From NCBI GenBank assembly GCA_907165135.1, contig OU015567.1, positions 15,562,001 through 15,626,000 of the forward strand: DNA of 64,000 bases, written 5' to 3'. Under the pieces are notes generated by a model. It saw only the letters and a list, made by a program, of their open reading frames with translations, was not told the DNA's origin and ran no database searches. Numbering within the stretch: the stretch's first letter is position 1; the number at the start of each line of letters is the position of its first letter. This stretch comes from Oikopleura dioica (Eukaryota > Animalia > Chordata). The position numbers and the translations under genes were made by a program. Below, piece by piece: positions 12,562-24,500 of this stretch.

Positions 12562-14243
12562 CGCTTTTTTTTGTGGTCTGACAGCCATAACTGATTGTCG
12601 ACAACCTGTGTTAAAAAAAACTGAGTCAGAGGGTTTTGAGCTCTCTCAGGGTCCTTACTCAGTTTTTCTATACAGGTTGTGGACCTAAGGCTAAGGATAT
12701 CGCTTTGTTATTTTTTTGAGAAAAAATCTCCCGAAGAACCCTGTTCCCCTTTCTTACCTTTTTCGCTTTGATTTATTTTTTCTTTGGTCGATTAGCTGAT
12801 AGCTGCTCTGGCACAAATTCCATCAAGCGATTCAGTACTCGTTGGAAAATGTTCTCCGGAATTGTCTCTCCGGTCTTTTTCTCCGTCTCTTGCGGACTCT
12901 TCCGCTTTTTTCAAATGGCGATTGTGTTTTTCTTTTCTCTCTTTTCTATTTTTGTTGTTGTTTTTCAGCTGCAGCGTGTTTTAAATCCCCTTCAGAGCCG
13001 CTTTTTCTCTGTTTTTAGGGATGAAAACAGTCGATTTTTGAACCAAGCGGAAAGCTTAAAATTTCGTCATTTGGAAGAGTATTTTTTGTTTTGAAAAAAA
13101 GGGAGTAGGGAGCAAGTTTATTGCATCCAGAGAGAGTGATAGAGAGCGCGGACGGATCAAATGAGCCGTGACAAAATAAATCGTCCTCTTTTTTTCTCTC
13201 TCTCTCTCTGACGCCAATTGCTAGCTCAAACGAGCTGGTATCAGTACATGTACCGAATCATTAACGCGATTAGAGAGGGAGATAACGACGCTATAAATAG
13301 TTTTATCTGGCTTAAATGGTTAACACGCTCTGCTGACTTGACGCAAAAATAGATTCAGCTACAGTAAATGCCAGTAATTCAAAGATGAGAAATAATTTTC
13401 AATCATATTTTTCTAGTTATAAATGCGAAGCTGGAATTTTTAGAGGAAGGCATTAAAAGTCTCGATTTTAATTTTGATTTTTGTCCTGAACTAACAGTGT
13501 GACACCCTTATTTTTTCGAAAATAAAGATAAAACTCGTAACTAAAAATTTGAAAATACAGCTTTTTCAATACTGTAATTTCTCAAAAATAGAAAAGACCA
13601 TCAATCCCTTTTCCTGATCACAACCTTATTTTTCTTCTCTTGTGTCTCTACTGTACGATTAGTCACTCTTCTTTTCTTCTGTTTCTTATTCTTTTCTTTT
13701 GTCTCTGGACGAGTAACTGTAGTTGAAAGTAGTGTCGTGTCAGCGGAGTGTCCGCTACAGTTGCTTCGTCACTATGTGTCTATCAACACATAGTGTGGTT
13801 TATCTAATCTTCTCGGAGCAAATTTAAATAAACAGCGCCAAATATAGCTTTTTCTATACTAGCAAAAGAAGATCAAAGAAGCAAGAAAGAAGAAACTGAA
13901 ACTAAAACTCGGCGGTGACGAAGAGTGACCAACTGGTCGCTCACTCAGCCCCACCCACGTTTTCAGAACACCTAAGGGCACACGGTTACAATAATCGCCC
14001 GCTCGAGTGTCGAGGAATCTTCCAGTCCCGAACAGACCATCCCTTCGGGGGCGGCCAGCGATCACTTGACTGGGAGAAAAGGGGTGAGGCTGTGAAAGTG
14101 AAAGTGAAAGAACTTAGCTGGTAAAACGTATCAGGTAAAATATTGAATGCTCGATAAATTTGCCTTGCAAAGAGGATAAACGATTTAGGTTTTAAAATAA
14201 CATTTTTAATTTGAATCAATTTTGAATCAGAAAATATACAGAA

Positions 14244-16129
14244 CTATTTTCTTAGAGTTATATTCCAGCGGACATAATGCCATCCTCCTGACTTGAGTTT
14301 GACCATTCCTTGTGAATCCGGCGTCAACTTCTTTGCCGAGTTGTAGATCTTCCCATCATAATCGCCAATATCGTCCGCGTCGGCTTGAAAGTCGACGCGT
14401 TTTCCTAAAAAATAAAAATCTCAAATTCAAAAATCAATACCGTTGTAAAGTAGCCACATTTTCCAGACACCATTGCCGCAGTATCTTTTGTCGCTGTATT
14501 GATGTCGGATCGTCCATCCAGCTTCTGTCACTTCTAAATTTTTGGAGTAATAAAACTTTATTTTGGATGAAAATCGCGTTGAAACAAAAATCAAAAACTA
14601 AAAATGCGATTTTATCAAAGTCCTTCAAATTGAATTCCGTAAAGCAAGCCGCCATTGCTCGGAGCACTCTTCGCACTGCATTCTCGTCGTGGGATTTTCG
14701 GACAGAGCCAGAGTCGAGACCAAAGAAATGACCAAATCCATTAATCGCAGCATTCGAACCAAAAGATCTTACAATTTCGTTGTTGCGCGCATTGTTGAGT
14801 CGTTTCAAATCCGCAATTTCTTTTTTCGACGATTTCTTCTCCTTAGAAAGTTCATTCTTCAACTCGATATTTTCCCGATTCAGCAACCCGTTGATTTTCA
14901 TCGTCGTATCCACTCTCGTTAGCCCAAAAGTCAGATCAGCCGGCAAAACTCGATTCTTCAACTGTTCGATCAAACTGACCAGCGCCGAATGAGTCATCAA
15001 CGCAGCAGCACTTTCCGCTCTTTCGCCGATTTCAACAACAAGACAACGCCGGATCAGACTTTCCATCGCCGGAAAAATGACTTCAGCAGGACGCCTGGCG
15101 TTGTGGACGATATTTGTCATCGTCTGGAACGGGTTCCCAGCAGTAAACGGATGTCTTGAATAATTGAACAAATAGAACATCGATTATTGACTGTTAAACT
15201 TTTGTCGAATCTTTCCTGAAAGTGCATAGCATTTGAAAAATGATGCCAACCGCCCAAACATCTTGACAAAACGAGAGAGGAGCCGAATTTCCTTGGGAAT
15301 TGATCACTTCTGGAGCCAAGTAGTCCATTGATCCAGCTACATCAGTGTGAACAGTTTCTGCAACAGATCGGGAAACGTTGAAATCGGCAATTTTCACCTA
15401 AATTGTTTGTTAAAATGACAAATGATGTTGTTACCTGTTGGCCAGCGGACATGAGGATGTTTTCAGGCTTGATATCCCGGTGCATGATATTCTTCCCGTG
15501 AATGTAGTCTTGAAATAAGGAGGTAAAAACTCTTTGTATCTGAGAAGCCTTACTCAGCGCTAAAACCAGTTGTGCGGAGATTCGTAAAGCATCGTTCTGC
15601 GCCCATGGTAGCTCGTTTTCGCTTCCTTCTGAAAAATGCAGTATTGCATGGAAATTTGAAATTAGAATTACGATTGTTGAGCATATCCTCGAAGAACTGC
15701 GCCAAATCACCGCCAGGAAGATATTCCAAAATCAAAGCGTGATATTTCAAGCCGTTGGGAGCGGTGAACTTGAAGTCGTCCAGTAGTTTAACAACAAAGT
15801 CATGATCTTCATTCATTTTCAAGAAAAATCTTATCAAAAACCCAAATTTGGAGCCTGAAAAAGGTGCAAAATCTAGCGCAAAAACGTTCCTTATTGTCGA
15901 AGCAAGTTAATTTCCAAATTGGCATCTCTTTCCTCCTTTTCTTCCAAAAGTCCTATTCCCTTGAGCATTCTCAACTCGTTTCCTGGGAGAGGAGAGAACA
16001 GTTAAGAATGACTATCACTAGAAATTTACCATTTTGCTGGTCCTCGACAACGTAGTAGATTTTTCCCTCTCTCGCCTCTTTCAGCTTCCGCAGAACTCGA
16101 TACCTGCCGTTCAAAATTTGGCCAATCAT
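14244..16129 (-). pseudogene. Kinase-coiled coil-VRWNI family member K1 (9 exons) with an in-frame TAA at 15893-15891
   Basis: Exons give MIGQILNGRYRVLRKL..., [27 protein letters not shown] and a C-terminal ...YVRWNITLRK*. Exon 2 ends CTT CGA CAA TAA G|gaacg where paralogs have CTA G|. Confidence 0.75.
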
Positions 16130-16662
16130 TCTCGAAATTTGACTCAAATCAAAGTATTCAAGTTCTAACTCTCCTTCTCAGTACACTGATGATGCGTTTG
16201 CGACACTTGCCATCTTTTGAATATTTGCATTGAACAAATAATTTTTTCAAGATCGAGTGTCAAGAGCTCCAAAACATCGATCTCGCGGAAAATTTTATAT
16301 ACATATTATAATATTTTGAAAAAGAATAAGAGTATTTTTGAATAATATTCTTTTTAACTTCAAATTAGGCCTTTTGACTCAAGTATTTGGACACAAAATT
16401 ATGGTGTTTCAATATTAACTTCAAAAACCTCCAGGCAAACGATAGCAACCCAAAAACCACAAAAAGTATCTGACCCATCTTCGTCAGACCCTGTAAATAG
16501 AGAGATCAAATACAGTGGATGCGCGGTGGTGACCCTTGTTCCCAGCGATATTTGCAGAATTTGAAGAAGGCGACATTTGCAAATAGTGAGCCGGCCCCGC
16601 TACATCGCCCCGTTTTGAGTTTTCTCATTCAGCAGAATCCCGATTTTCGTTACTCGTCGATT
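16130..16662. promoter_or_regulatory. Bidirectional promoter between K1 and K2 with octamer-like motifs
   Basis: Divergent ATGs lie 533 bp apart. ATTTGCAT at 16223-30, ATTTGCAAAT at 16575-84 and TGACTCA at ~16140. Confidence 0.5.
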
Positions 16663-19600
16663 ATGGAAGGAAAAATCATCAACGATCGTTACAAGGCGAT
16701 CAGAGAATTGAAGGAGCCCAGAGATGGGAAGATTTACTACGTCGTCGAGGATACCAAAAACGGTAAGAGGGGCGAAATGGGAAGGGACGATTACGTAATG
16801 GTATTCAGACAACGAGTTGAAAATGCTGAAAGGAATTGGGCTCGTCACCGACAAGCAAGAAGAAGACGCGAAATCGGAAGTAGCGCTGCTTCAAAAACTA
16901 GGAATGGGGTTCTTTTTTGATGATGATATAAGAAAAGATAACTTCTCCTCGTTCATCACGATATCCCATAAAGACAACGACTACGTCGTCAAACTGCTAG
17001 ATGATTTCACCTTTACTGGTCCGAAAAATCTGGAGTATCACGCGCTGATCCTGGAATACCTTCCAGGCGGCGATCTGTCCGAGTATTTGAAGGAAAAACT
17101 TCTCAATGGTAACGTTTAGATTGAAAGGGCACTTCCTCACGTAAATTTTAGAGGGAAAAGAAACGGAGGAGCCCTGGGATGAAAACGAAGCTCTTCGAAT
17201 TACAGCTCAACTGGCTGTTGCTCTAGGTATTGTCATTTCGAATCGTATCAATGACTAACACTAACCCTTACTCTTTCTCAGATTACGTCCACAACCAAAA
17301 CGTCGTCCACCGAGATGTCAAGCCGGAAAACGTCCTTCTCTCCGCTGACAAGAAAACTGTAAGCAAATGATTACGTAACGAATTCAATCTAACAATCAAG
17401 GCGAAACTGGCCGATTTCAACATTTCGCGGACCGTCGAATCGACCATCAACACTGGCGTCGCTGGAACCTTCGATTACTACCCTCCTGAAACGATCAGCA
17501 ATCAGGAAAAAGAAAAATTGTCTTTCAGACGAGATATTTGGTCCTATGGAGTCGTCATGCAAATGCTTTGTACTTTCAGGAACAGTTTCTACACTTGCTT
17601 TTGTAATTTTCAACAATCAAATTAAGGGTATAGTTAGGTGTTATGGTAGAAAAACCGACCCCACGATCACCTTTTATAAACTTCTTATTTGAGCCAGAAT
17701 AAGAATCTTCAGGTTGCGGCGATCATTTTGGTACCAAATTCATCGAAATCCGACTTTTTCGGCATACAGGTAGCATGTGAAGTCCCAAAATGAGCACTAC
17801 AAATTTTCTAGCGCCCGGAAAGGTTAATAGTCCAGCCTATCTGGACGCCCCCAATTCCAGACTAAGACTAAGAATAAGGGGCGTACTGGTAGGCTGGTCA
17901 TCCCTTTCCGGGCGCTAGAAAATTTCAACTGCTCATTTTTGGACTTCAAATGGTAGAAAATGCCGAAAACCAATTTGAGTTCGTTTTATTTGCAGTCGCT
18001 TAACGTTTTCGGAACAGCAAAAGTTCCATCATCAGAGCCGAAGTCTTGGAGTTACTTGTAAACCTTCCAAAAACAGACAAACGTACCTCTGATGATGGAA
18101 CTTTTGCTGTTCCGAAAACGTTAAGCCACTGCAAATAAAACGAACTCATTTATCGACGAGATGTCATCATTTATGAAAACCAATTTGTATTTCATGAATT
18201 TGGTACCAAAATGATCGCCGCGACTTAGAGATTCACATTCTTGCTCAAATAAGAAGCAAAAAGGCGATCATGGGGTCGATTTTTCTTCCATAACACCTAG
18301 GTAGAGTGAAAGGCTGTGATAAAAGCGTGATTAAAGATACATCTTTTATATAAGCCATTTCGGAACGGCCTACATATTCCCAGGCCCGAGATTTAAGCCC
18401 CTAAATTGGCCAAATCGACGCATTTACCCTTAAGTTTTGGGTGACCTACGGTTCGTCAGGAAATGCCCCAGAGCTACGGTTCGTCAGGAAAAAATACCCT
18501 CCTGACGAACCGTAGGTCATTTTTGGTCATCTCTAGAACGGTCTCATAGATCTTGTTTTTTGCCCCGTATGGGTCAACAAGAAGAAAAGGTAGGAAAAAT
18601 TTTTCAATCTTACTGCCCCTAACCACGGGGCTTCGCCCCTTAGGTCCTAAGATGCCGGGGTGTAGTCTAGGGTTAGTTAGGGTTACTGAAGGTAACTCAG
18701 ACAGAACTCGGGTGACCTTGTTCTGTCATTTTTCTCCGTGTCCCTAACCCTAACCTTAATTTAACAAGTAGTAACAATCGGGAATCGCTCAGTTTGCGTA
18801 CCAAATAGTATTGGGGATCAAAAATGAGAATTTTCAAAAATAATTTTTTTCAATTTTCAAAGTTTTATTGATTTTCGCTGATTCTTGAGCTCAAAGCGAC
18901 CTTTTCTAACCAGCTCGATTTCTACCTTAGCTACTAGAAAATTAAAAATTTAGTTCAAAAATTGAATTTGGCAAAATTTGTCAAGGCCCTCACGTCTACA
19001 TAGGACGTCATGTGACTATGAGAATAGGATATTCTGATAGAACAGGTCCGAAACCTTGGAGAATGATTAAAATATCATCAAAAATATAAACCTACGCGTT
19101 CTATAAGCGTAATATTCTAAAATAGAGCGGAGGACCTTTGCTCAGGTCTTCCACCAGAAGAGGACCCTCTTCTTGGAAAAAGAGTTTATCCCTTCTCTAG
19201 AAGCGTAGGTTAATATTTTTGATGATTTTTTCTTCAATCCCCAGAGAATCGATGGCACTCTTTCAGAAACTGGTGACCTTACATCACTGTAACCTTACTG
19301 TAAGCTGTGAGAGGCTTGACAAAATTTAATGCATTTTTCAAATCTTCATTTTCCACACCCATTGGAAAACAGAAGAGAACATATGCCGCATATGATATGC
19401 GCTCCGCGCCTGTCTTGTAGAAAACTTTGAAAAATATATGTAAGATTATCAATCAACAAAAACTACAGAAAAATGTTTTCAAAGAAGTCTCCACGTTACC
19501 ACGATACATTTTAGAAATGAACGAACTATGAGAAAAGTCTCCTCGTGACCGCATATCACCTCTCAAACGTGGTTATTAATCGTGTTTCTAGAACGATATC

Positions 19601-20710
19601 CCCTCAACTACGGTTCGTCAGGAAAAAAAAATACCTTCCTGACGAACCGTAGGTAACCGTAAGTTTTCATTTTACTAAACGAGAAACTGTTGTAAGAAAC
19701 CCTTTCGCGACTGGAAATCTTATCCAAACGATCAACAACATCGCCCAAAACATTCGAAATCCAGCTGAAGTCGCTTTTCCTGTCATGGAAAGTCTGATCA
19801 AGCAATGCTTGGTCGTTGAAGTTGGCGAGCGAGTTGAAAGCGTGACTGCTCTGATGAGGCACCCTGTTTTGTGGAGTTTAATTGAACAGCTCAAGAATCG
19901 AATCAAACCGGAAAACCTCGCTTTTGGCCTTAATCGATTAGAGACGAAGGATGTTATCAAGGATCATTTGATTGGGCAATTGCAGAGAATTGTTGCTGAG
20001 AATCAATGTAAAATCTCGAAGCTAACGGTCGAGAATACGAAAATGGCCGATTTTATGTCAACTGCTCGAAAAATGATGGAAGAAGCTGAAAAGAAAATCT
20101 CTAAGCTCTCATCTGAAAACCTTGAAAAGGAAAAGAAGAACTCTGAGCTTCAAGAAAAGGTTCACATTTTGGAGGCGAGTAAGCAAAGTCAAATTTTCGG
20201 AACAGTACTCGATGGATTTGGATTTTACTTTGGCCTTGATTCTAAATATGTACGAGAAGATCACTCTGAAAATGCAGTTCGACAAGTGTTGCGTGTAGTG
20301 AACTCCGGAATGAGACACTTCAATTTGAAGGAATCGGATTAACTCGTTTTTTGATTTTTGATGATTTTTGTTTCGACGCGATTTTCATCCAAAATAAAGT
20401 TTTATTGGCCAAGAAATTTAGAAGTGTCAGAAGCTGGATGGAGAATCCGACATCAAACGAGGGACGAAGACGAAGGCGGCGACGGGCAATTCTGGAAAAT
20501 GTGGCTAACTTGCAACGGTATTGATTGTTGAATTTGAGATTTTTACTTTTAGGAAAACGCGTCGACTTTCAAGCCGACGCGGACGATATTTGCCATCGAG
20601 ATGGGAAGAGCTACAATTCAGCGAAGAAGTTGACGCCAGATTCACAAGGAATGGTAAAACTCGAAGGAGACTATGTTTATGTCCGCTGGAACATTACAGT
20701 TCGACAATAA
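16663..20710 (+). CDS. Ser/Thr kinase-coiled coil-VRWNI domain protein K2 (9 exons; 2.1-kb intron 6)
   Basis: [17 protein letters not shown]..., ELKMLKG, HRDVKPEN, LADFNISR, YYPPE, DIWSYG; after intron 17580-19696 comes RNPFATGN..., a coiled coil, GFGFYFGLDS and a C-terminal ...YVRWNITVRQ*. All junctions are in phase. Confidence 0.85.
17635..18299. mobile_element. Fold-back MITE (TAGGTGTTATGG termini) containing a nested second hairpin element at ~17978-18187
   Basis: Outer arms are reverse-complementary. An inner near-perfect ~62-bp inverted repeat (TGAGTTCGTTTTATTTGCAG...) is bounded by a 13-bp direct repeat, GAAAACCAATTTG. Confidence 0.8.
18477..18512. repeat. ~40-bp hairpin mini-element CGGTTCGTCAGGA-n-TCCTGACGAACCG; other copies at 19611-19649 and 41663-41703
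   Basis: Three copies with 12-13-bp arms, each flanked by CTA/TAG. Confidence 0.8.
19056..19243. mobile_element. Small fold-back element in K2 intron 6
   Basis: ATCATCAAAAATATAAACCTACGCGTTCTA is mirrored by TAGAAGCGTAGGTTAATATTTTTGATGAT. Confidence 0.6.
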
Positions 20711-21577
20711 TTCTGTATAAATAATAAAAGAAGAATTAAAAAAACAGGTGGAGCAATTTACTGCATTTATTCGATTATCGTATTCTCGGCATCTCTTGAA
20801 CATTGAGAAAAAGTTTTTCTGCAGTTCAAAAAAGCGTCTTCCAATGCTTTATCAATAAATGCGCCTTGGTGATGTGTCGATAAGCAGTTTGGGAGTGGAT
20901 GTCTCATTTGAGGAAAAAAGGGGCCCTTTTTTGGAGACATGGAAGAAACTATGTAAAATCATGTTTTCGAACTTGAAACAGTCGTTTTCGTGGAAGAACA
21001 TCAATATTTACGCACTGATTCGATCCCCATCGGAGACTTTTGTTTTGTTGCCAATATTGATTTGCTTTCATTCAGTCTCGGTTACAGGTTTTTCCATCAA
21101 AAATTCTCAATATAAAATTTAGAAATATCAATTTTATAAAAAAAGTCCTTCAAATTTTAAAAATAAAAAAAATTTCAATAAAAATCATCAATAATCAAAG
21201 CTCCTATTGCTAAATAATTCAACAAAAAAGGGTTCTTTTAATCAATTCGCGGTCGAAAAAAATACAAAAAATCGTACTCGCCTGGCCGGGCGGCTGAAAG
21301 AGAGGAGAACCGGGCGAGGGAGGATGCGGCGATTAAATTTTGATAAGGTGTGTTGAGAATTCGGAGTGTTCTAAAGGAGCAGAAGCATTTTTTGGACGAA
21401 ATAAGCTGCGGGATCGATACCTCCGCTATTCGGCTCCGTCTCCGCGCGCTCCTCTATTTTCCTTCTTTCTTTTTTCTATCTCGCTCCTGATCACCGAAAA
21501 CAGCTACGGGACTTTCTATTCCGATTTCTTGCAAAGATTTTCAAAAGAGAAAAAAGAAGAAGAGAAAGAGGGATTAA

Positions 21578-24500
21578 ATGAACATCATCGCCAATTCGAG
21601 CTTCAATTCAGACGAGACAAATGTTGGAAGCTCGGGCGAAGTAGATTTTCAAGAAACAGATCAGGGATGGATTGAAATCCTTCTTTTTCGCCCAAAATTT
21701 TTGATTCAAAACGGATTTCACGCGCTTTTTACAATCAGAATCGCCTAAGAAGAGGATGTTTTCTGGAACCGACAAAAATTTCGACAACTTCTGCGTGGAC
21801 GGCTACTCGGCTTCTGATGGGCCGGTTTGCCGAAGCCAGGTTTCTGATTGGTTAAAAATTTCCGAGCAAAATTTGTCGTAATTTTTGTCGATTCCAGACA
21901 CTTCACCCTAAAAAAGCGGGAAAAATGAGATTTTTAGTTTAATTTTTGACTAAAAAAGGGTCAAAAATGACCAAAATCGGACAAAATTCCACTGTTTTGA
22001 GACTTTTAATTAAAATAGAATTTTATTTATTTAATTCAAAAAACACATTTTTGAGCTTAAATTATAGAAATTTATTTATTTATTTTAATTAGAAATTTAT
22101 AAATAAACTTTTGAGTAGCTTAAAATAATAAAATAATGGTCTATCTTTGTTTGACCTTGGAATTAAAAGATCACGATTACAGGTGATCCGCTTTGTTCCT
22201 CTGGGAAAGCAGCAGATGATCTCCACGGGGGGTCAATTGCGAATGCCTGGAATTGCCTCTCAAAAGTATCGATTGGTTAGGTCTTAACTAGCAGATCCAA
22301 TTTTCGCCGAATGAAATTATTGACAAGACGAATTACCATGGAGTTGAGCTCAAAAGGGAGATCGAGAATCTGAGCTACTGAAAAATGCACTGAGTTTTTC
22401 AGTAGCTCATTCTGAGCGCGCCTTATTTGGGGGAGAAGCCGCGCAATTCATTGTCGGCTCTCTCATTGGCTCGGACTTTCCAGATTCTGTTCTTCAGAAT
22501 CTCGAGATTTTTCTAAGCCGCCTAGCAAGCGTTCAAGAAATTTTCTAGACTTCCCCGACACTGATTTGCGCGGGATAGGGGGAAGGGGAGCAAGGGCTTT
22601 CTCCCCAAAGAGTTAAACTTCATGGTAGGACATGACAAGCTCAGAAGGACCATAATTAGAGCAAAGAAAAAAACATGTTTTAGAGCTCTTATTTATTAGC
22701 AAATACGCTTTGGGTGGGAAAAAGAGGGATAAAACTACATGTAGGTTTGCTTTGATTTCGCTAAGTTTGTTAGTGGGCTAGTCTTGCAATAAACTTTTTC
22801 CCGCTTCTAGTTGTTAAGCAAGAATCCATTTTTTCGAGCAACAATTATTACTAAATAAAGCTGGGTTACGCTAGAATTACACTTGAATCTGGTGATTTTT
22901 TTGACTAAGAAATCGATGACAGAAACCTTATTTTCTTGCTTTTTTCAAACCCTGTTTATATTTATTGCGACATAAAAATGCCGACAAATTTTGCGTGGGC
23001 GGCTGATTTCGCTGCTGATTGGCCGGTTGGCTGTGTACAGGGTTCTGATAGGCTGAAAATTTGCATTAAAATTTCTTTCAATTTGTCGCCATTTTTGTCG
23101 CTTTGCGCCTATTTTCGGCTCGAAAGTAGACATTAGCGACGTTTTTTGCTGCAAAAATGCGATAATTGAAGATTCACACGTAGAATTCGTCGAATCGCAT
23201 AAATTAAAAATAAAGCTCAATAATTATCCTCACGTTTTTTGCCCCATTTTGTCTAATTTTTTCTCCAATTAATTCTTTTTTCGCTATATTTTCTTGTTTT
23301 CTTACATGTGTTCAGAAGCACCTGCTTCTTTTTCGTCCCAACTGTAGTTTTTTTTCTTCTTGTTTTTGGTCCACACTCAATTTTACTTCAAATCGTGAGT
23401 TGAAAACAGAGTCATATTAAATTAATTTAGCGACAATTTCGAATAAGCTTTGTTTTTGCCTCTTTTTCGAGCAATTAAATGCTCGTTTTTGTCGAAAATA
23501 AAAACTGACAAAAGAATTAATTAATTGGATCTTGATTAGATGTTTCTTTCCGCGGCGGGAGTTCACTTTTAGCGATTTTTTTGATTATTTTTGTTGTTGT
23601 TCTCCTCCTTGATTTCAATCCGAAAAAAGAACGTTTCTCTTTCAATTTGGAAACAAACCGGCTATCAGAAGATTGATTCGACCGTTGATAACAGAATGAC
23701 AGTAAGGGTAAATTAAAAGAATATTTTTTTTAACTTCAAAACTATGAAAATTAATCAAGAAAAATATTTTTTTTTATAAAATTTGGCGCAAAATTATTAT
23801 TTTGAAGGAAAGATTCCATAAATCTGGATTTTTCTTTTGAAGTTTTTATAGTGACACCCTTATTTTATTTTATAAATTGGAAATTTTGGCCTTCTTCTTT
23901 TTTCTTTGAAGATCGAAATTTTCTATTTGAAAAACATTTTTAATAAAATTTCACTGAAAAAATAACTCGCGACTTATTCCTTGGTAAAATGTTTCTGAGA
24001 AAGTGAATACTGTAATTGACGAATTCCAGCGCTTGGAAATCCGTGTAAATTACCGATTTGTGATGCAGTACTTGGGATGACAGTAATCAGTGTTCACATT
24101 TCCAAATGTGTCCAACTTCCAAAAATACGACACATTTCTTTCCCGAAGCTCCAGTTTTAGCTGTTAGAAAATAGACCTTCTGACCTGAAAATTATTTTCA
24201 AAATAGAAAATTTTAAGCTTTCTTATTTTTATCTTTATATTTTCCGTCTTGTTGAAAACGTTTTCACAGAAAAAGAAGTAAAAATATCATGAATAATTAA
24301 TAAAGTGATACCCTTACTTTGTGTTTTTGTAAAAGTGGCTATTTGAGCAAAATTAAGACAATTTTGACCAAAAATTTTGTAAATAATATCTTCAAAATTT
24401 GAAATTTCGGCTTACATAAAAACTAGATTGATCTTTAAAGAGACATAATAAGGGTGTCTCCTCGCTATTTTCTTTGGAAAATTGTGTTGTTTCTTCAGTT

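Noticed and set aside
14434-15180. ORF-track C-termini of kinase genes that read through the FNLK intron
   Set aside because: The paralog-conserved frame after the AAATAAAG acceptor differs, so the read-through tails are intronic or out of frame.
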